64,000 nt of DNA, taken from Sphingobacteriales bacterium. Its GTDB lineage: Bacteria > Bacteroidota > Bacteroidia > Chitinophagales > CAIOSU01. Shown here in pieces: positions 30,896 through 40,592 of the stretch. The notes beneath the pieces are model-generated. The model worked only from the letters and a program-made list of their open reading frames with translations, was not told the origin of the DNA and did no database searches. The DNA lies in NCBI GenBank assembly GCA_027483645.1, contig JAIXUD010000017.1, positions 19,083-83,082 of the forward strand. Direction: 5' to 3'. The translations under genes were made by a program, and so were the position numbers. Positions within the stretch are counted from its first letter, which is position 1. Every line of letters begins with the position of its first letter.

Positions 30896-31498
30896 ATGTT
30901 CACCCTCATTACCAATTGGTACCACGAGCCTAATAGCGACCGGCGGGCCGAGCTACTCTACTGCCTGAACCGTAACCTGGAGCATCCACTGATAACGCGA
31001 ATATGGCTTATGGCTGAAGGCAATGCCGAGGTACCGCATCACCCAAAAATAAGGGTGAAACACATCGCCAAGCGGGCCAAGTTTAAGGATATGATACAAT
31101 TGGCGAATGAACAAGCAGGCATAGTGGCCATTGCCAATACCGACATCTACTTTGACGAAACACTGGAAGCGGCAAAGTTTATAAAACCCCACGAGTGCTA
31201 TGCCCTTACCCGCTGGGATGTTACCAGCCGCAAAAGGCTGCGGTTTTATGGAAAATGCTGCAGCCAAGATGCCTGGTTGCTACGCCCGCCCATCGAAATG
31301 AAAGGTGGTGACTATAGCCCCGGCAAACCCGGCTGCGATAACAAGCTGGCTTGGGAACTAGCGGAAGCAGGTTTAAGGGTGAGTAACCCTTCCAAGACTA
31401 TCAAGGCTTGCCACTTACACCTCACTGGCCTACGGCGCTACACCCGCAAAGATGCGGTGCCTGGGCCATACTTAACCCTACAACCTATCAACCTATGA
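30896..31498 (+). CDS. Glycosyltransferase-like protein (GT-A-like)
   Basis: RRAEL..CL..N, IANTDIYFD, ALTRWD, SQDAW, G.PGCDN, HLH. Confidence 0.55.
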   Translation: MFTLITNWYHEPNSDRRAELLYCLNRNLEHPLITRIWLMAEGNAEVPHHPKIRVKHIAKRAKFKDMIQLANEQAGIVAIANTDIYFDETLEAAKFIKPHECYALTRWDVTSRKRLRFYGKCCSQDAWLLRPPIEMKGGDYSPGKPGCDNKLAWELAEAGLRVSNPSKTIKACHLHLTGLRRYTRKDAVPGPYLTLQPINL

Positions 31499-32397
31499 AT
31501 GTACTATATGTAAGCCTTGGCGACCACCAACATTCGCTTAGGAAAGCTTTAAGCAATCTTGGTAACCTAACAGAAGTAAATTGGCGCAAGGATGCGCAGG
31601 TGAACCACACCTTGCAGCGATTGGCGAACCAACAGCGGTTTGATTTGTGCTTCTTCCAACTGCAAACACCCGGCATCATTCAACCGGCTACCTTACATGC
31701 CTTGAGTGGCTACAAGGTAAACTGGACGGGCGATGTGCGTTTCCCTACCCCGCAATGGTATGCGGATATGGCCCCATACTTTGACATTACGCTGTTTACC
31801 AACGAGTATGATGTACATGTGCTACGCAAGAAGGGTTTGAACGCCGATTATATGGCCATGGGTTTTGAGGATGAGATATTTGTGCCCAGCGAACCCGCCG
31901 AGCACATAGCCGATGTGGTATTTATGGCCAACAACTATGGCAACGCTTTCCCCTTAAGCGGTTTCCGTACCGAGGTGGTACAAACCCTTAGCAAACAGAA
32001 GGATTTCACCTTTGCAGTATGCGGCAGCGGCTGGCCCTTCGCGACCGAGAACCTGAATAAAAAGCCCGAACGCGAGGCGGCCATCTACCGCGGGGCGAAA
32101 ATGGCCATAAACCTCAGTCACTTCGATTACCCAAGGTATAGCAGTGGCCGCATGTTCAACATACTGGGTAGCGGTACCCTATGTTTATCGCACCATTACC
32201 AAGGCATAGAAGATGACTTTAAAGTGGGCACCCACTTGGATACCTTCCGCACGATACCCGAACTGGTGGAAATGATAAAATACTACGTGCGCAACGACAA
32301 GGCGGCCCTAAGGATTGCCACTAACGGCTACGAACTAGCCCACCAAGAAATGACTTGGGATAAGCGGATTGCTTCCCTAGTATCAAGTATCAAGTAG
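31495..32397 (+). CDS. GT-B glycosyltransferase (CgeB/Glyco_trans_1_2-like)
   Basis: WTGD, DVVFMAN, IY..AKMAIN, SGRMFNILGSG.L.LS, IA.NGYE. ATGA overlap with the upstream gene. Confidence 0.8.
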   Translation: MNVLYVSLGDHQHSLRKALSNLGNLTEVNWRKDAQVNHTLQRLANQQRFDLCFFQLQTPGIIQPATLHALSGYKVNWTGDVRFPTPQWYADMAPYFDITLFTNEYDVHVLRKKGLNADYMAMGFEDEIFVPSEPAEHIADVVFMANNYGNAFPLSGFRTEVVQTLSKQKDFTFAVCGSGWPFATENLNKKPEREAAIYRGAKMAINLSHFDYPRYSSGRMFNILGSGTLCLSHHYQGIEDDFKVGTHLDTFRTIPELVEMIKYYVRNDKAALRIATNGYELAHQEMTWDKRIASLVSSIK

Positions 32398-32543
32398 TGA
32401 GTATCAAGCACTGCTTCAAGCTGCACGTGCTCTATTTACCATTATCATTTACATCCCTTGTTTGCACATTGGTACATCGCCATATCTGTAAATCAGCACA
32501 TCAATTTTCAAATTTCCTCATTTCCTCATTTTCAAATTAAAAA
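32379..32543 (+). repeat. Composite intergenic module, copy A
   Basis: (GTATCAA)n, ACTGCTTCAA (32410), TTGGTACATC (32469), TTTTCAAAT/TTCCTCAT array before ATG. Confidence 0.75.
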
Positions 32544-33314
32544 ATGGTCCTTGCCGCTATATACAACACATTTGATGGGGAAGAACTGCTGGAAGGCAGC
32601 ATTGCCCAAATCATCAAGCAGGTTGATGAGGTTTTAATCGTATATCAGCTAGAATCAAACATTGGGGAGCATTACCCCGAGCTCTTGACCACTTTGGCTG
32701 TCATTAAAGAACGCTGGCCACAAGTGCGGTTACAAAAGTACGCCCCAAACCTAGCCATGTCGCCCGCTAACAACGAACGCACAAAAAGGCAGATTGGGCT
32801 AGATTGGGCAATAAAGCTTGGGTGTACGCATTTCCTGTTTATCGATAATGATGAGTACTATGATACCGTTGCTTTCGAAGCGGAAAAGCAAAAAGTAATA
32901 GATGCCAAGGCCGACACTTCTGCTTGTAGGCTATACACATACTACCAGAAACCCATTTACCGCCTTCAGCCCATCGAAAACTATTGGGTGCCGTTTATTG
33001 GCAGGCTAACACTAGGCATAAGGGCAGGGGGTAAGTTCCCCGTACTGGTAGACCCCACACGAGGCGTGCAACCTACAGGCCGCTGCTTCCTATTTGCCGA
33101 AGGTGATTTAGTAATGCATCACTATAGCTACGTGAGACGCAACATTGCCCGCAAACTGCGCAACAGCAGCGCCGCCCGAAACTTTGGGAACATCCACCAA
33201 AAAGTGGCGCTGTTCAACCAATGGCAGCTAGGGCAACCGCTGGTCAACTTCCCGAAACACAGCATCCAAGAAGTGCATGATCTGTTCAACATTGGCAGTC
33301 AATTGGTAGGCTAA
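32544..33314 (+). CDS. GT-A fold (GT2-like) glycosyltransferase
   Basis: YNTFDGEELL..SI, THFLFIDNDEYY (DxD), MHHYSYVR. Confidence 0.75.
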   Translation: MVLAAIYNTFDGEELLEGSIAQIIKQVDEVLIVYQLESNIGEHYPELLTTLAVIKERWPQVRLQKYAPNLAMSPANNERTKRQIGLDWAIKLGCTHFLFIDNDEYYDTVAFEAEKQKVIDAKADTSACRLYTYYQKPIYRLQPIENYWVPFIGRLTLGIRAGGKFPVLVDPTRGVQPTGRCFLFAEGDLVMHHYSYVRRNIARKLRNSSAARNFGNIHQKVALFNQWQLGQPLVNFPKHSIQEVHDLFNIGSQLVG

Positions 33315-33371
33315 TCAAACTAATTACTGATTAACCAATGAACGAATAACCAATAACATATCAACCAAACC

Positions 33372-33845
33372 ATGACTATAACCCAACTAATTACTGAACT
33401 GGGAACTATTGCTCAGGCGCAAACCGGCCTCAACGGATTGGTATATGGCGAGCCAGTGGAGATAAATAGCCAGCGAAATAGGGATTACCCATTACTGTTT
33501 GTTGACCGCAACATACGCATCGAGGGTATGAACCTGAAGACGAGGCAGCGGGTGTACAACCTGAAACTTTCCTTCTTTGACCGCTACCCGCGGCCGGAAG
33601 AAATTACCACTGCCAGCGAGACCAAGCAGCGCGACCTAGAAATATTGGCCGAGCAGTTTTTACAGGAATTTAAAGAACGGTACAAAGCCAATGGCCACCC
33701 CTGGAAAATTGAGAACGAAGAAAAACTGACCGGCAACTGGCAGTACCGCAAGCACCAGGACCGCCTAATTGAACTAACCTACAACCTACAGATACGTTGC
33801 CAAGGCGAATGCTTGGCCGGAACCTTTAACTACCCAACGCTATGA
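33372..33845 (+). CDS. Putative tail terminator/completion protein
   Basis: 157 aa, DYPLLFVD motif, alternating beta pattern, position in the tail block. Confidence 0.5.
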   Translation: MTITQLITELGTIAQAQTGLNGLVYGEPVEINSQRNRDYPLLFVDRNIRIEGMNLKTRQRVYNLKLSFFDRYPRPEEITTASETKQRDLEILAEQFLQEFKERYKANGHPWKIENEEKLTGNWQYRKHQDRLIELTYNLQIRCQGECLAGTFNYPTL

Positions 33846-34144
33846 AAAACCTAGAGCAAGCATTGCAACAAGCGGCTGCCCGCCTTGATGCGGCCATAAA
33901 ACTGGAACTGCAAAACCGCAAACACATAAAAACCGGTAAGCTAGCCAACTCCGTAAAAACCAATATAGTACGCGGCCCAAAAGGCGCCTCGCTACAAACC
34001 CAGATGGAAGATTATGGCAGGCAACTGAATGACCGAAGTGGCTTTATGGATGCTGCCATCAATAGTGAGGAAGATGCCATCACTCGCATGATTGAAGATG
34101 CGGTGCAGCATGATTTGAATGATTACTTGGATCAAGAAATTTAA
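33842..34144 (+). CDS. HK97 gp10-like tail/neck protein
   Basis: KTGKLANSV motif, DYG, FMDAAI; coupled to the upstream gene. Confidence 0.6.
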   Translation: MKNLEQALQQAAARLDAAIKLELQNRKHIKTGKLANSVKTNIVRGPKGASLQTQMEDYGRQLNDRSGFMDAAINSEEDAITRMIEDAVQHDLNDYLDQEI

Positions 34145-34150
34145 TCGCCC

Positions 34151-35803
34151 ATGGCTACAATAAGCATAACGCTGGAGCCGCCAGCTATTGCAGCGGTAAA
34201 TAACCCGGTGCTATATAAGATTTTTGGTGCACCATATAATGAGATGCATTTGGCAAAAATCAGCATTTACTATATACCTGCGCCTAACGCACTGGCAGTA
34301 CCTATTACTAGTTGGGAGCAACAGCCAGAACCAGGGCCGGTACCGGTATTCAACTTTAATATTTCGCAGGCAATACAAGAGCATCTTAGCTACTTTATAC
34401 ACCCGCCCAATGCTAGCGGAGTGCAATCACCCATGGAGACCATCCTAAAGTTTCAGATACAGTTTCAGGTGCTTACTTTTATTAACGGGGTAAAAACGCC
34501 CAATAGCAATACCATTACCAAATCGTTTTGGGGGGTTAATGCCTCTTTGCAGCACAATGAGCCCAACCTAAACCCATACTTACTTGATGGCAGCCAAAAG
34601 CAATTTTTAACCCATGGACCTGCTGAAAAAGACATCCGAACAGGGGATAGCGAGGTACTCTCGGTACTTACTAACAATACCCAAGGCTCGTTTATGCTAA
34701 AGGTAAAAAGCTATGATGCTATTGGCAACGAAACTAAACAAGAGCTACCCATGAGTTCGTTTCTCACAAAAAAACGCCTTGACTTGCCAGTTGGACCCGG
34801 TAACATCGCACAGCAGTGGCCTGGCTTCTTAACCAACAAAACCCGCTACGAAGTAGTAGTGGAACCCGCTACCACCAACCTATTTAAAGCAGGCGATAAT
34901 GGGACCTTTGACAGTAACATCACCAATATTTTTGCAAACCCTGGCGTAACAGTAACCCATAATACCACAAGAAAAAAGTCGGGTGCCGCTTCGTTGCAGA
35001 TGCAGCTTTATGATGCCACCACCACAGAACCGATTGCCTGGCTTTCTAGCTACCACACCCTACAGCCCAACACCTACTACGAGCTAAAAGCACATGTATA
35101 TGTAGAATACCTCGATGTGCTTTCGTGGGGTTTGATATTAATGCAAGATGGCTTTAGCGATGCTGTGGTGCTCAACCAAGACTTTGCCAAGGTTTACATT
35201 CGGGCTTTCCACCAAGCCCAGTACCAAAACTACTTTGATCAATGGATACCGCTAACACTTGCTTTTAGAACAGGCAATGATGTAACCGGTAGGTTTGGAA
35301 TGAAGTTCACAGGTACCATGCAAACCTTACAAGCATTTGTTGACGATGTGACCCTTATGGGCCAGGTAGCTGCAGCCCGCAAAATAACCTACCACATAAA
35401 ACCTGCCTGCGGCCACGAAACCCGCGTGCACTTCCTTAACCGCCTAGGCGCTATGGATAGCTACACCTTTACCGGCACCGAGCGAAGGAATATAAGAACC
35501 GAAGGCAACACTTACCAGAGGCTTAAACCCTTTAACTACCCTTCCAACGCCCGCGGCAGGCAGGTACTGCAAAAGAACGCTACCGTGCGCCTCTCCTGTT
35601 CCAGCGATGTGCTGAGGCCCGACGAAATGCTCTGGCTAGAGGAATTGCTTACTAGCCCGGCAGTATACGTACAGCAAGACAACCAGAATGTGCCAGTAAT
35701 ACTGCGCGATGGCGAATTCGAGATTATCGACCCTACTAAAAACATCCACCGCTTGCGAGTAGAGCTGGAATATGCCAACGATATGCTATTGCAGCGAGGG
35801 TGA
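34151..35803 (+). CDS. Distal-tail/baseplate-like structural protein with inserted carbohydrate-binding-like module
   Basis: C-terminal FLNRLGAMDSYTF...WLEELLTSPAVY resembles Bacteroidota phage tail proteins; central NGTFD..SGAASL..LQPNTYYEL..VDDVTL is CBM4/9-like. Confidence 0.55.
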   Translation: MATISITLEPPAIAAVNNPVLYKIFGAPYNEMHLAKISIYYIPAPNALAVPITSWEQQPEPGPVPVFNFNISQAIQEHLSYFIHPPNASGVQSPMETILKFQIQFQVLTFINGVKTPNSNTITKSFWGVNASLQHNEPNLNPYLLDGSQKQFLTHGPAEKDIRTGDSEVLSVLTNNTQGSFMLKVKSYDAIGNETKQELPMSSFLTKKRLDLPVGPGNIAQQWPGFLTNKTRYEVVVEPATTNLFKAGDNGTFDSNITNIFANPGVTVTHNTTRKKSGAASLQMQLYDATTTEPIAWLSSYHTLQPNTYYELKAHVYVEYLDVLSWGLILMQDGFSDAVVLNQDFAKVYIRAFHQAQYQNYFDQWIPLTLAFRTGNDVTGRFGMKFTGTMQTLQAFVDDVTLMGQVAAARKITYHIKPACGHETRVHFLNRLGAMDSYTFTGTERRNIRTEGNTYQRLKPFNYPSNARGRQVLQKNATVRLSCSSDVLRPDEMLWLEELLTSPAVYVQQDNQNVPVILRDGEFEIIDPTKNIHRLRVELEYANDMLLQRG

Positions 35804-35805
35804 GT

Positions 35806-35897
35806 TTGGTTATCGGTTGATCTGTTAATTGGTTAATCGGTAATGAAAACAATACCCTTTAAACTAATCAACAGATCAACTAATTAACCAATCAACT
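35806..35897. repeat. Inverted octamer arrays (TTGGTTAA ... TTAACCAA)
   Basis: Includes the perfect pair GTTGATCTGTT (35816-35826) / AACAGATCAAC (35870-35880). Confidence 0.8.
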
Positions 35898-35898
35898 A

Positions 35899-36099
35899 AT
35901 GAAGGCTCAACTAAACGAATACCTCTATATAACCCGTGCAAATGAGCAAATGCTGCTGCACCTAGAGGCGGAGATTGATGATTTCCTGGATTTGCTAAAT
36001 GCACTTCGTAGCCGTGGTTTTCGGTTTAAAGTGATTGGCAAGGCAGAATACTATTACCTAAAAGACACCTTAAAACTCGCCGGCTACACGGCAAAATAA
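35899..36099 (+). CDS. Small hypothetical protein
   Basis: 66 aa, co-oriented, fills the gap between two tail genes. Confidence 0.6.
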   Translation: MKAQLNEYLYITRANEQMLLHLEAEIDDFLDLLNALRSRGFRFKVIGKAEYYYLKDTLKLAGYTAK

Positions 36100-36106
36100 G
36101 AAGGCG

Positions 36107-38746
36107 ATGCAAAATATTACCATAGACATATTTAACTCAACGCAGCCAACAATCTTGGGTAGCCTTGAAATTAGCGACCACGATGACTTTCCTTTGGCAC
36201 TGAGCATGTCACTGGCCAATATCAGGGATATTACCAAACGCTCCGGCATTAGCTCCAAAACATTTAAGGTGCCAGCGAGCAAAAACAACAACAAAACCCT
36301 GCAATACCTATACCACATTGCGGTTTCGGCACAAACCATTACCGATGGGGTAAAGGCAGTGATTAAAGTTGACAACCAACCGCTCTTTACTGGTCAGCTT
36401 AAAATAAGCAACCTACAGCAAACCTTGTCTCCCGAATATTACGAGATGGAGTTTACGGGCGACAACCTTGACTGGACCAATACGCTTAAAGAGCTGAAGC
36501 TGAATGAGCTGGAGTTTAGCAATCCGCATATCCCCGCCAGAGTTTTGACGAACGGCAGTTGGAGCAATGAAAACCTGCCCAGTGGCAACGGTAAGGTATA
36601 CCTTACCCGCCAAACTGTTGAAGCAAGTTGGCATGGTACGGTAGATAGCGGCTGGGACTATGTGTACAGCCTGAAAAGCTATGGCCGCTGGCTGAACGCT
36701 TATAGCCATGTAACTATTGAAGAAATGCGGCCCGATATTTACTTCCGTAGCATCCTTACAAAAGCATTTGCCGCGGCTGGGTATAGCTTGAGCAGTACTT
36801 TTCTGGATAGCGCATTTTTTAAAAGGCTGGTGCTACCCTATACAGGTAAAAGTTTCGAGCTTACTGCCGATGAGGTGGCGCTTTATAACCGTGAGTTGAT
36901 TTACCGACAAGGCCCTTATCAGCCCACTGTTTCACAATCGAGCGGCGGCTATGAAAAAAAGTTTGTTGATTTATCCAGGTTGCTGCAAGTTACTGGTAAC
37001 TCTAGCTTGATGCAGGTATATCAAGATACTGTTGAAATAAAGTACACCCAACCTCCTTTTCCCCTACAAGTAAAAATTGATTGCCTCGGTTTTAGTACCA
37101 ACTCAAAAGGTAGGTACAACCTCTCCTTTGGCCATGATATTTATGCCTCTAATGATGGCAACCTAGATTTCTTTATTGCCGAATACGGCAATGGTATAGT
37201 TGACCATAGTACCCTCGTATCGCTTGGCTCATTTGAACTCACCACGGGTAGGCAATTTGTGGAGTTTTCGGCTCAAGATGTTTTGTTGAAAGCCAATACC
37301 AGTTATGTACTAGTTGCTATCAACTATACGGTAACCATACTCATGGTATATTTCTTTCCCACTTCAGGGCCGAAATCGTACTTCAAGATTGCTAAGCAAG
37401 CCGCCATATATGAAGGCAATCAATACACCTTGGGCGCAACCTTGCCCGATATACCCGTATTAGACTTACTAACCGGTTTGGTGAACATGTTTAACCTATA
37501 CATACAAACCGATACCGAGAACAAAGTTGTAACCATTGAACCACGAAACACCTTTTATAAACCCATTACCAAAGCCGTGGATTGGTCTAGCAAGCTAGAT
37601 ATTAGCCAAGCCATACAAACCACTTACTTGGATGATTATAACCGCGAGATACAGTTTGTATTTAAGGAAGATAACAACGACACGATTGTAAAAAAACTTA
37701 AAGAGGCTAATATGCTTGCCCCAGGTTCCTTTAGCTATAACCTGCCCAAGCGATACAAAGAAGGCAAGCAGCAACTAGGCAATAAAACATTCGCCTACAC
37801 CGAAATGCGCGCTGATAATTACCAAATTCCTAATGCACAATCGGCAGCTACTTATCTGCCCCATTTTTGGAGCGGAGATAGCGAGCCCCCCGAGCCTACT
37901 TACTCGTTTGCCCCGCGTGTGCTGTACTATGCCGGTATGATTACTGGGTCGTGGGCTGGCAAACCAACCCGATGGGGATGGTACAACGATGGCAATTTGC
38001 TTGATACCTACCCCGTTGCTACGCGCAATGCACCGGGCAATGAGCTGGCATATAACACCACCAGCGGTTTTATAGCCAAATATTACCAAAATGACTTAGC
38101 CCAAATTACGGAAGGCAAAGTGGTAACCGCTCACTTTAAACTTAGCCTGGCAGACGTGCGCCAGCTTGACCTAAGCGTGCCGGTGTATATAAGCCACCCA
38201 CAGTTAGCGGGTTATTACTGGATACAGACAGTTCACGATTTCATCCCGACGCGATCGGGTACTACAAAAGTTGAGTTAATACCTATACACATTCCAGTAT
38301 CAATAGATTTTGCCTATAATCAGCAGGTGCAACTTCGACAAGCTACCCCAGGTGTTGGCCTTGGTATTGGCATCAACGCCGCCACTACCGCTTTGGGCGC
38401 AATAGCAAAACAACCATCGGTAGTGTTACAAAACGGTAGCCATAATGTTGCGTCGCTCAATGGCGGCTCCATAGCTTTCGGCAACGGCACCATGGCGCTG
38501 GGGGCACAGCAGCATGTACTGGGCAACTACAATGTAGCCAGCGAGAACGATATTATCCAAATAGGCGCTGGCACATCCAACGCTGACCGCTACCGCGCAC
38601 TCACGTTTACCCAAGAGGGCAACTTCTTGGTTCAAGGCGGCTACCTATACACCACCGATGGCCGCGAGATCATGTTCGCCTCTCAGCGCAATGCCCAAGG
38701 GCAGCCTAGGCGGTATGATAAGCTGCATTTGAGTGGCGATAAATAA
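36107..38746 (+). CDS. Tail tip/hub-like structural protein
   Basis: N-terminal LANIRDITKRSGISSKTFKVPASKNNN, DLLTGLVNMFNL, IEPRNTFY...VDWSSKLD; Gly/Asn-rich fibre-like C-terminus. Confidence 0.65.
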   Translation: MQNITIDIFNSTQPTILGSLEISDHDDFPLALSMSLANIRDITKRSGISSKTFKVPASKNNNKTLQYLYHIAVSAQTITDGVKAVIKVDNQPLFTGQLKISNLQQTLSPEYYEMEFTGDNLDWTNTLKELKLNELEFSNPHIPARVLTNGSWSNENLPSGNGKVYLTRQTVEASWHGTVDSGWDYVYSLKSYGRWLNAYSHVTIEEMRPDIYFRSILTKAFAAAGYSLSSTFLDSAFFKRLVLPYTGKSFELTADEVALYNRELIYRQGPYQPTVSQSSGGYEKKFVDLSRLLQVTGNSSLMQVYQDTVEIKYTQPPFPLQVKIDCLGFSTNSKGRYNLSFGHDIYASNDGNLDFFIAEYGNGIVDHSTLVSLGSFELTTGRQFVEFSAQDVLLKANTSYVLVAINYTVTILMVYFFPTSGPKSYFKIAKQAAIYEGNQYTLGATLPDIPVLDLLTGLVNMFNLYIQTDTENKVVTIEPRNTFYKPITKAVDWSSKLDISQAIQTTYLDDYNREIQFVFKEDNNDTIVKKLKEANMLAPGSFSYNLPKRYKEGKQQLGNKTFAYTEMRADNYQIPNAQSAATYLPHFWSGDSEPPEPTYSFAPRVLYYAGMITGSWAGKPTRWGWYNDGNLLDTYPVATRNAPGNELAYNTTSGFIAKYYQNDLAQITEGKVVTAHFKLSLADVRQLDLSVPVYISHPQLAGYYWIQTVHDFIPTRSGTTKVELIPIHIPVSIDFAYNQQVQLRQATPGVGLGIGINAATTALGAIAKQPSVVLQNGSHNVASLNGGSIAFGNGTMALGAQQHVLGNYNVASENDIIQIGAGTSNADRYRALTFTQEGNFLVQGGYLYTTDGREIMFASQRNAQGQPRRYDKLHLSGDK

Positions 38747-38767
38747 TAGTAATAAAACGTACAAATT

Positions 38768-40147
38768 ATGGCAAAGGAAATAGCCTTCCAGATTCAAGTG
38801 GAAGATGCTGCACTGCAGCAATTGTTGAAAGACCTAGGTAACTTGGTTACCTTATATGATAAGGTGGCCAAAAGCCAAGATGGCAGCACCACGGCTAGCC
38901 AGCAATATGCCCAAATACAAGCACAAATATTGCAAACGGAAAAACAGCTAATACAGGCAGGCAGCCAAAGCATCGCTGTTAATGAGAAACAGCAGGCGAC
39001 CATCAAAACTATATCCGCGCTCACCACCAGGCAAGAGCAAGAAGACAAGAAAGCTACAGACACCATTGCTAAGGTAAATGCGGAGAAAACAAAGCTTACC
39101 CAAACCCTCAATGGGTTGAACCTTAAAACCGTAGCCGGGCAAGAAGCTTACGCCACCTATCGGGAGCAACTGCAAGGGGTTATGATGGAATTGGGGCAAT
39201 GCGAAGTAGCCCTGAAAAGCACCACAGCAACAGCCGATAACCTCTCAGTAAATTTCGGGGCGGCATTTTTGAAAATTCAAGATAGCGTAAGGGATACAGG
39301 CAACACCTTCAAAAGCTTAAAGCAGAACCTCGATTTGGCAAGTATAACCTCCCAGATGAGCGAAGCCCTGAATGTAATAGACCAGATAAGCGAATTGCGC
39401 CTACAAAACGACCTAGCCCGAATAGATAGCAAGCGCGATGCCGAAATTGCCTCCGTAAACGCCAGCGTGCTATCGCAAGAAGAAAGGGACAAGCGCATTG
39501 CCGACATCAATGCTAAGTTTGACAAACAGGCTGAGGCTAGACAGAAGGCCGCCGCTAAACGGGATAAAGCCATTGCTACAACCAAAACCATTATAGCAGG
39601 GGCGCAAGCCGTGGTGCAAGGTATCGCACAGTTTGGCCCACCACCTAGCCCTTTGGGAATTGCGGCAATTGCCTCGGCTGCGGTAACTACAGGATTACAG
39701 TTGGCAACAATCGCCAAGCAAAAGTTTGCAAATGGCGGCTACATCCCTTTCGAAACTGGGGGCATGATACAGGGTGGGCCACATAGCCAAGGCGGGGTGC
39801 CGTTTCTATCGGGCGGTAACTTGATGGAGGCCGAAGGCGGTGAGCTGATAGTGAACCGCAACATATGGCGCAGGCCCGATTTTGTAAAGAACATATCGGA
39901 AATGAATGCCCTTACCGGCGGCAAGCGGTTTTTTGCAGCAGGCGGTATGGTACCTACGGTTTCTCCACCAAGCTATTTAAGCAATTCAACCATTCAATCC
40001 GAAGGATTGGATAGCGACATGCTCATAAAAGGGCTTCGTGGGGTAATTGCCAAAGAAGTAGGCAGCCTCAAAATAGTGAACAATGTGGTGGATACTACCA
40101 GCCAGCAGCAACGGTTGCTGAACATACAAACGGGGGCTAGCTTCTAA
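38768..40147 (+). CDS. Short tape measure protein
   Basis: MAKEIAFQIQVED start, Ala/Gln-rich helical body, hydrophobic AIASAAV segment, FANGG..GGPHSQGGV..EAEGGE.IVN C-terminus. Confidence 0.75.
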   Translation: MAKEIAFQIQVEDAALQQLLKDLGNLVTLYDKVAKSQDGSTTASQQYAQIQAQILQTEKQLIQAGSQSIAVNEKQQATIKTISALTTRQEQEDKKATDTIAKVNAEKTKLTQTLNGLNLKTVAGQEAYATYREQLQGVMMELGQCEVALKSTTATADNLSVNFGAAFLKIQDSVRDTGNTFKSLKQNLDLASITSQMSEALNVIDQISELRLQNDLARIDSKRDAEIASVNASVLSQEERDKRIADINAKFDKQAEARQKAAAKRDKAIATTKTIIAGAQAVVQGIAQFGPPPSPLGIAAIASAAVTTGLQLATIAKQKFANGGYIPFETGGMIQGGPHSQGGVPFLSGGNLMEAEGGELIVNRNIWRRPDFVKNISEMNALTGGKRFFAAGGMVPTVSPPSYLSNSTIQSEGLDSDMLIKGLRGVIAKEVGSLKIVNNVVDTTSQQQRLLNIQTGASF

Positions 40148-40338
40148 TGGACACGATACTTACTGAAGCTTACTTAAAGAAGCTCCGCTGGCAGCACTGC
40201 AATGCCTGCCCGCATCTCAAAAACAAACTGTTCCGCTTCTGGACTTTTAAACCGTTGGCGCGCTGCGGCGTATGTGGTTGTTTTTTGAAAGCAAAAATAT
40301 CCTTAAAACCCATGAAATGCCCGATAGGCAAATGGTAA
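40147..40338 (+). CDS. Small Cys-rich (putative Zn-binding) protein
   Basis: CNACPH...CGVCGC...CPIGKW; TAATG-coupled to the tape measure gene. Confidence 0.7.
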   Translation: MDTILTEAYLKKLRWQHCNACPHLKNKLFRFWTFKPLARCGVCGCFLKAKISLKPMKCPIGKW

Positions 40339-40592
40339 TGAGCAAACAATACAAAGGCATAGAAAACATAACCGCCACTGATAAGGAACTGGTACGGCGA
40401 CTATTTACCCACTGGCAACAAAACCGTCACCAACCCAATAGGGAGGAGGTGAAAACCCTCTTCGGTAAGTACCATGAGTACGTGTACAAAAGCCCGAGCG
40501 ACCTATCGTGCCCGAGTTGTGTACAGTTTATTTATGACTATTGGGATAGGATAACGGCCAATTGGAAAGCAACTATCTCTCAACACACTTAA
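40338..40592 (+). CDS. Small hypothetical protein with CPSC motif
   Basis: ATG 40338 overlaps the upstream TAA; 84 aa. Confidence 0.65.
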   Translation: MSKQYKGIENITATDKELVRRLFTHWQQNRHQPNREEVKTLFGKYHEYVYKSPSDLSCPSCVQFIYDYWDRITANWKATISQHT

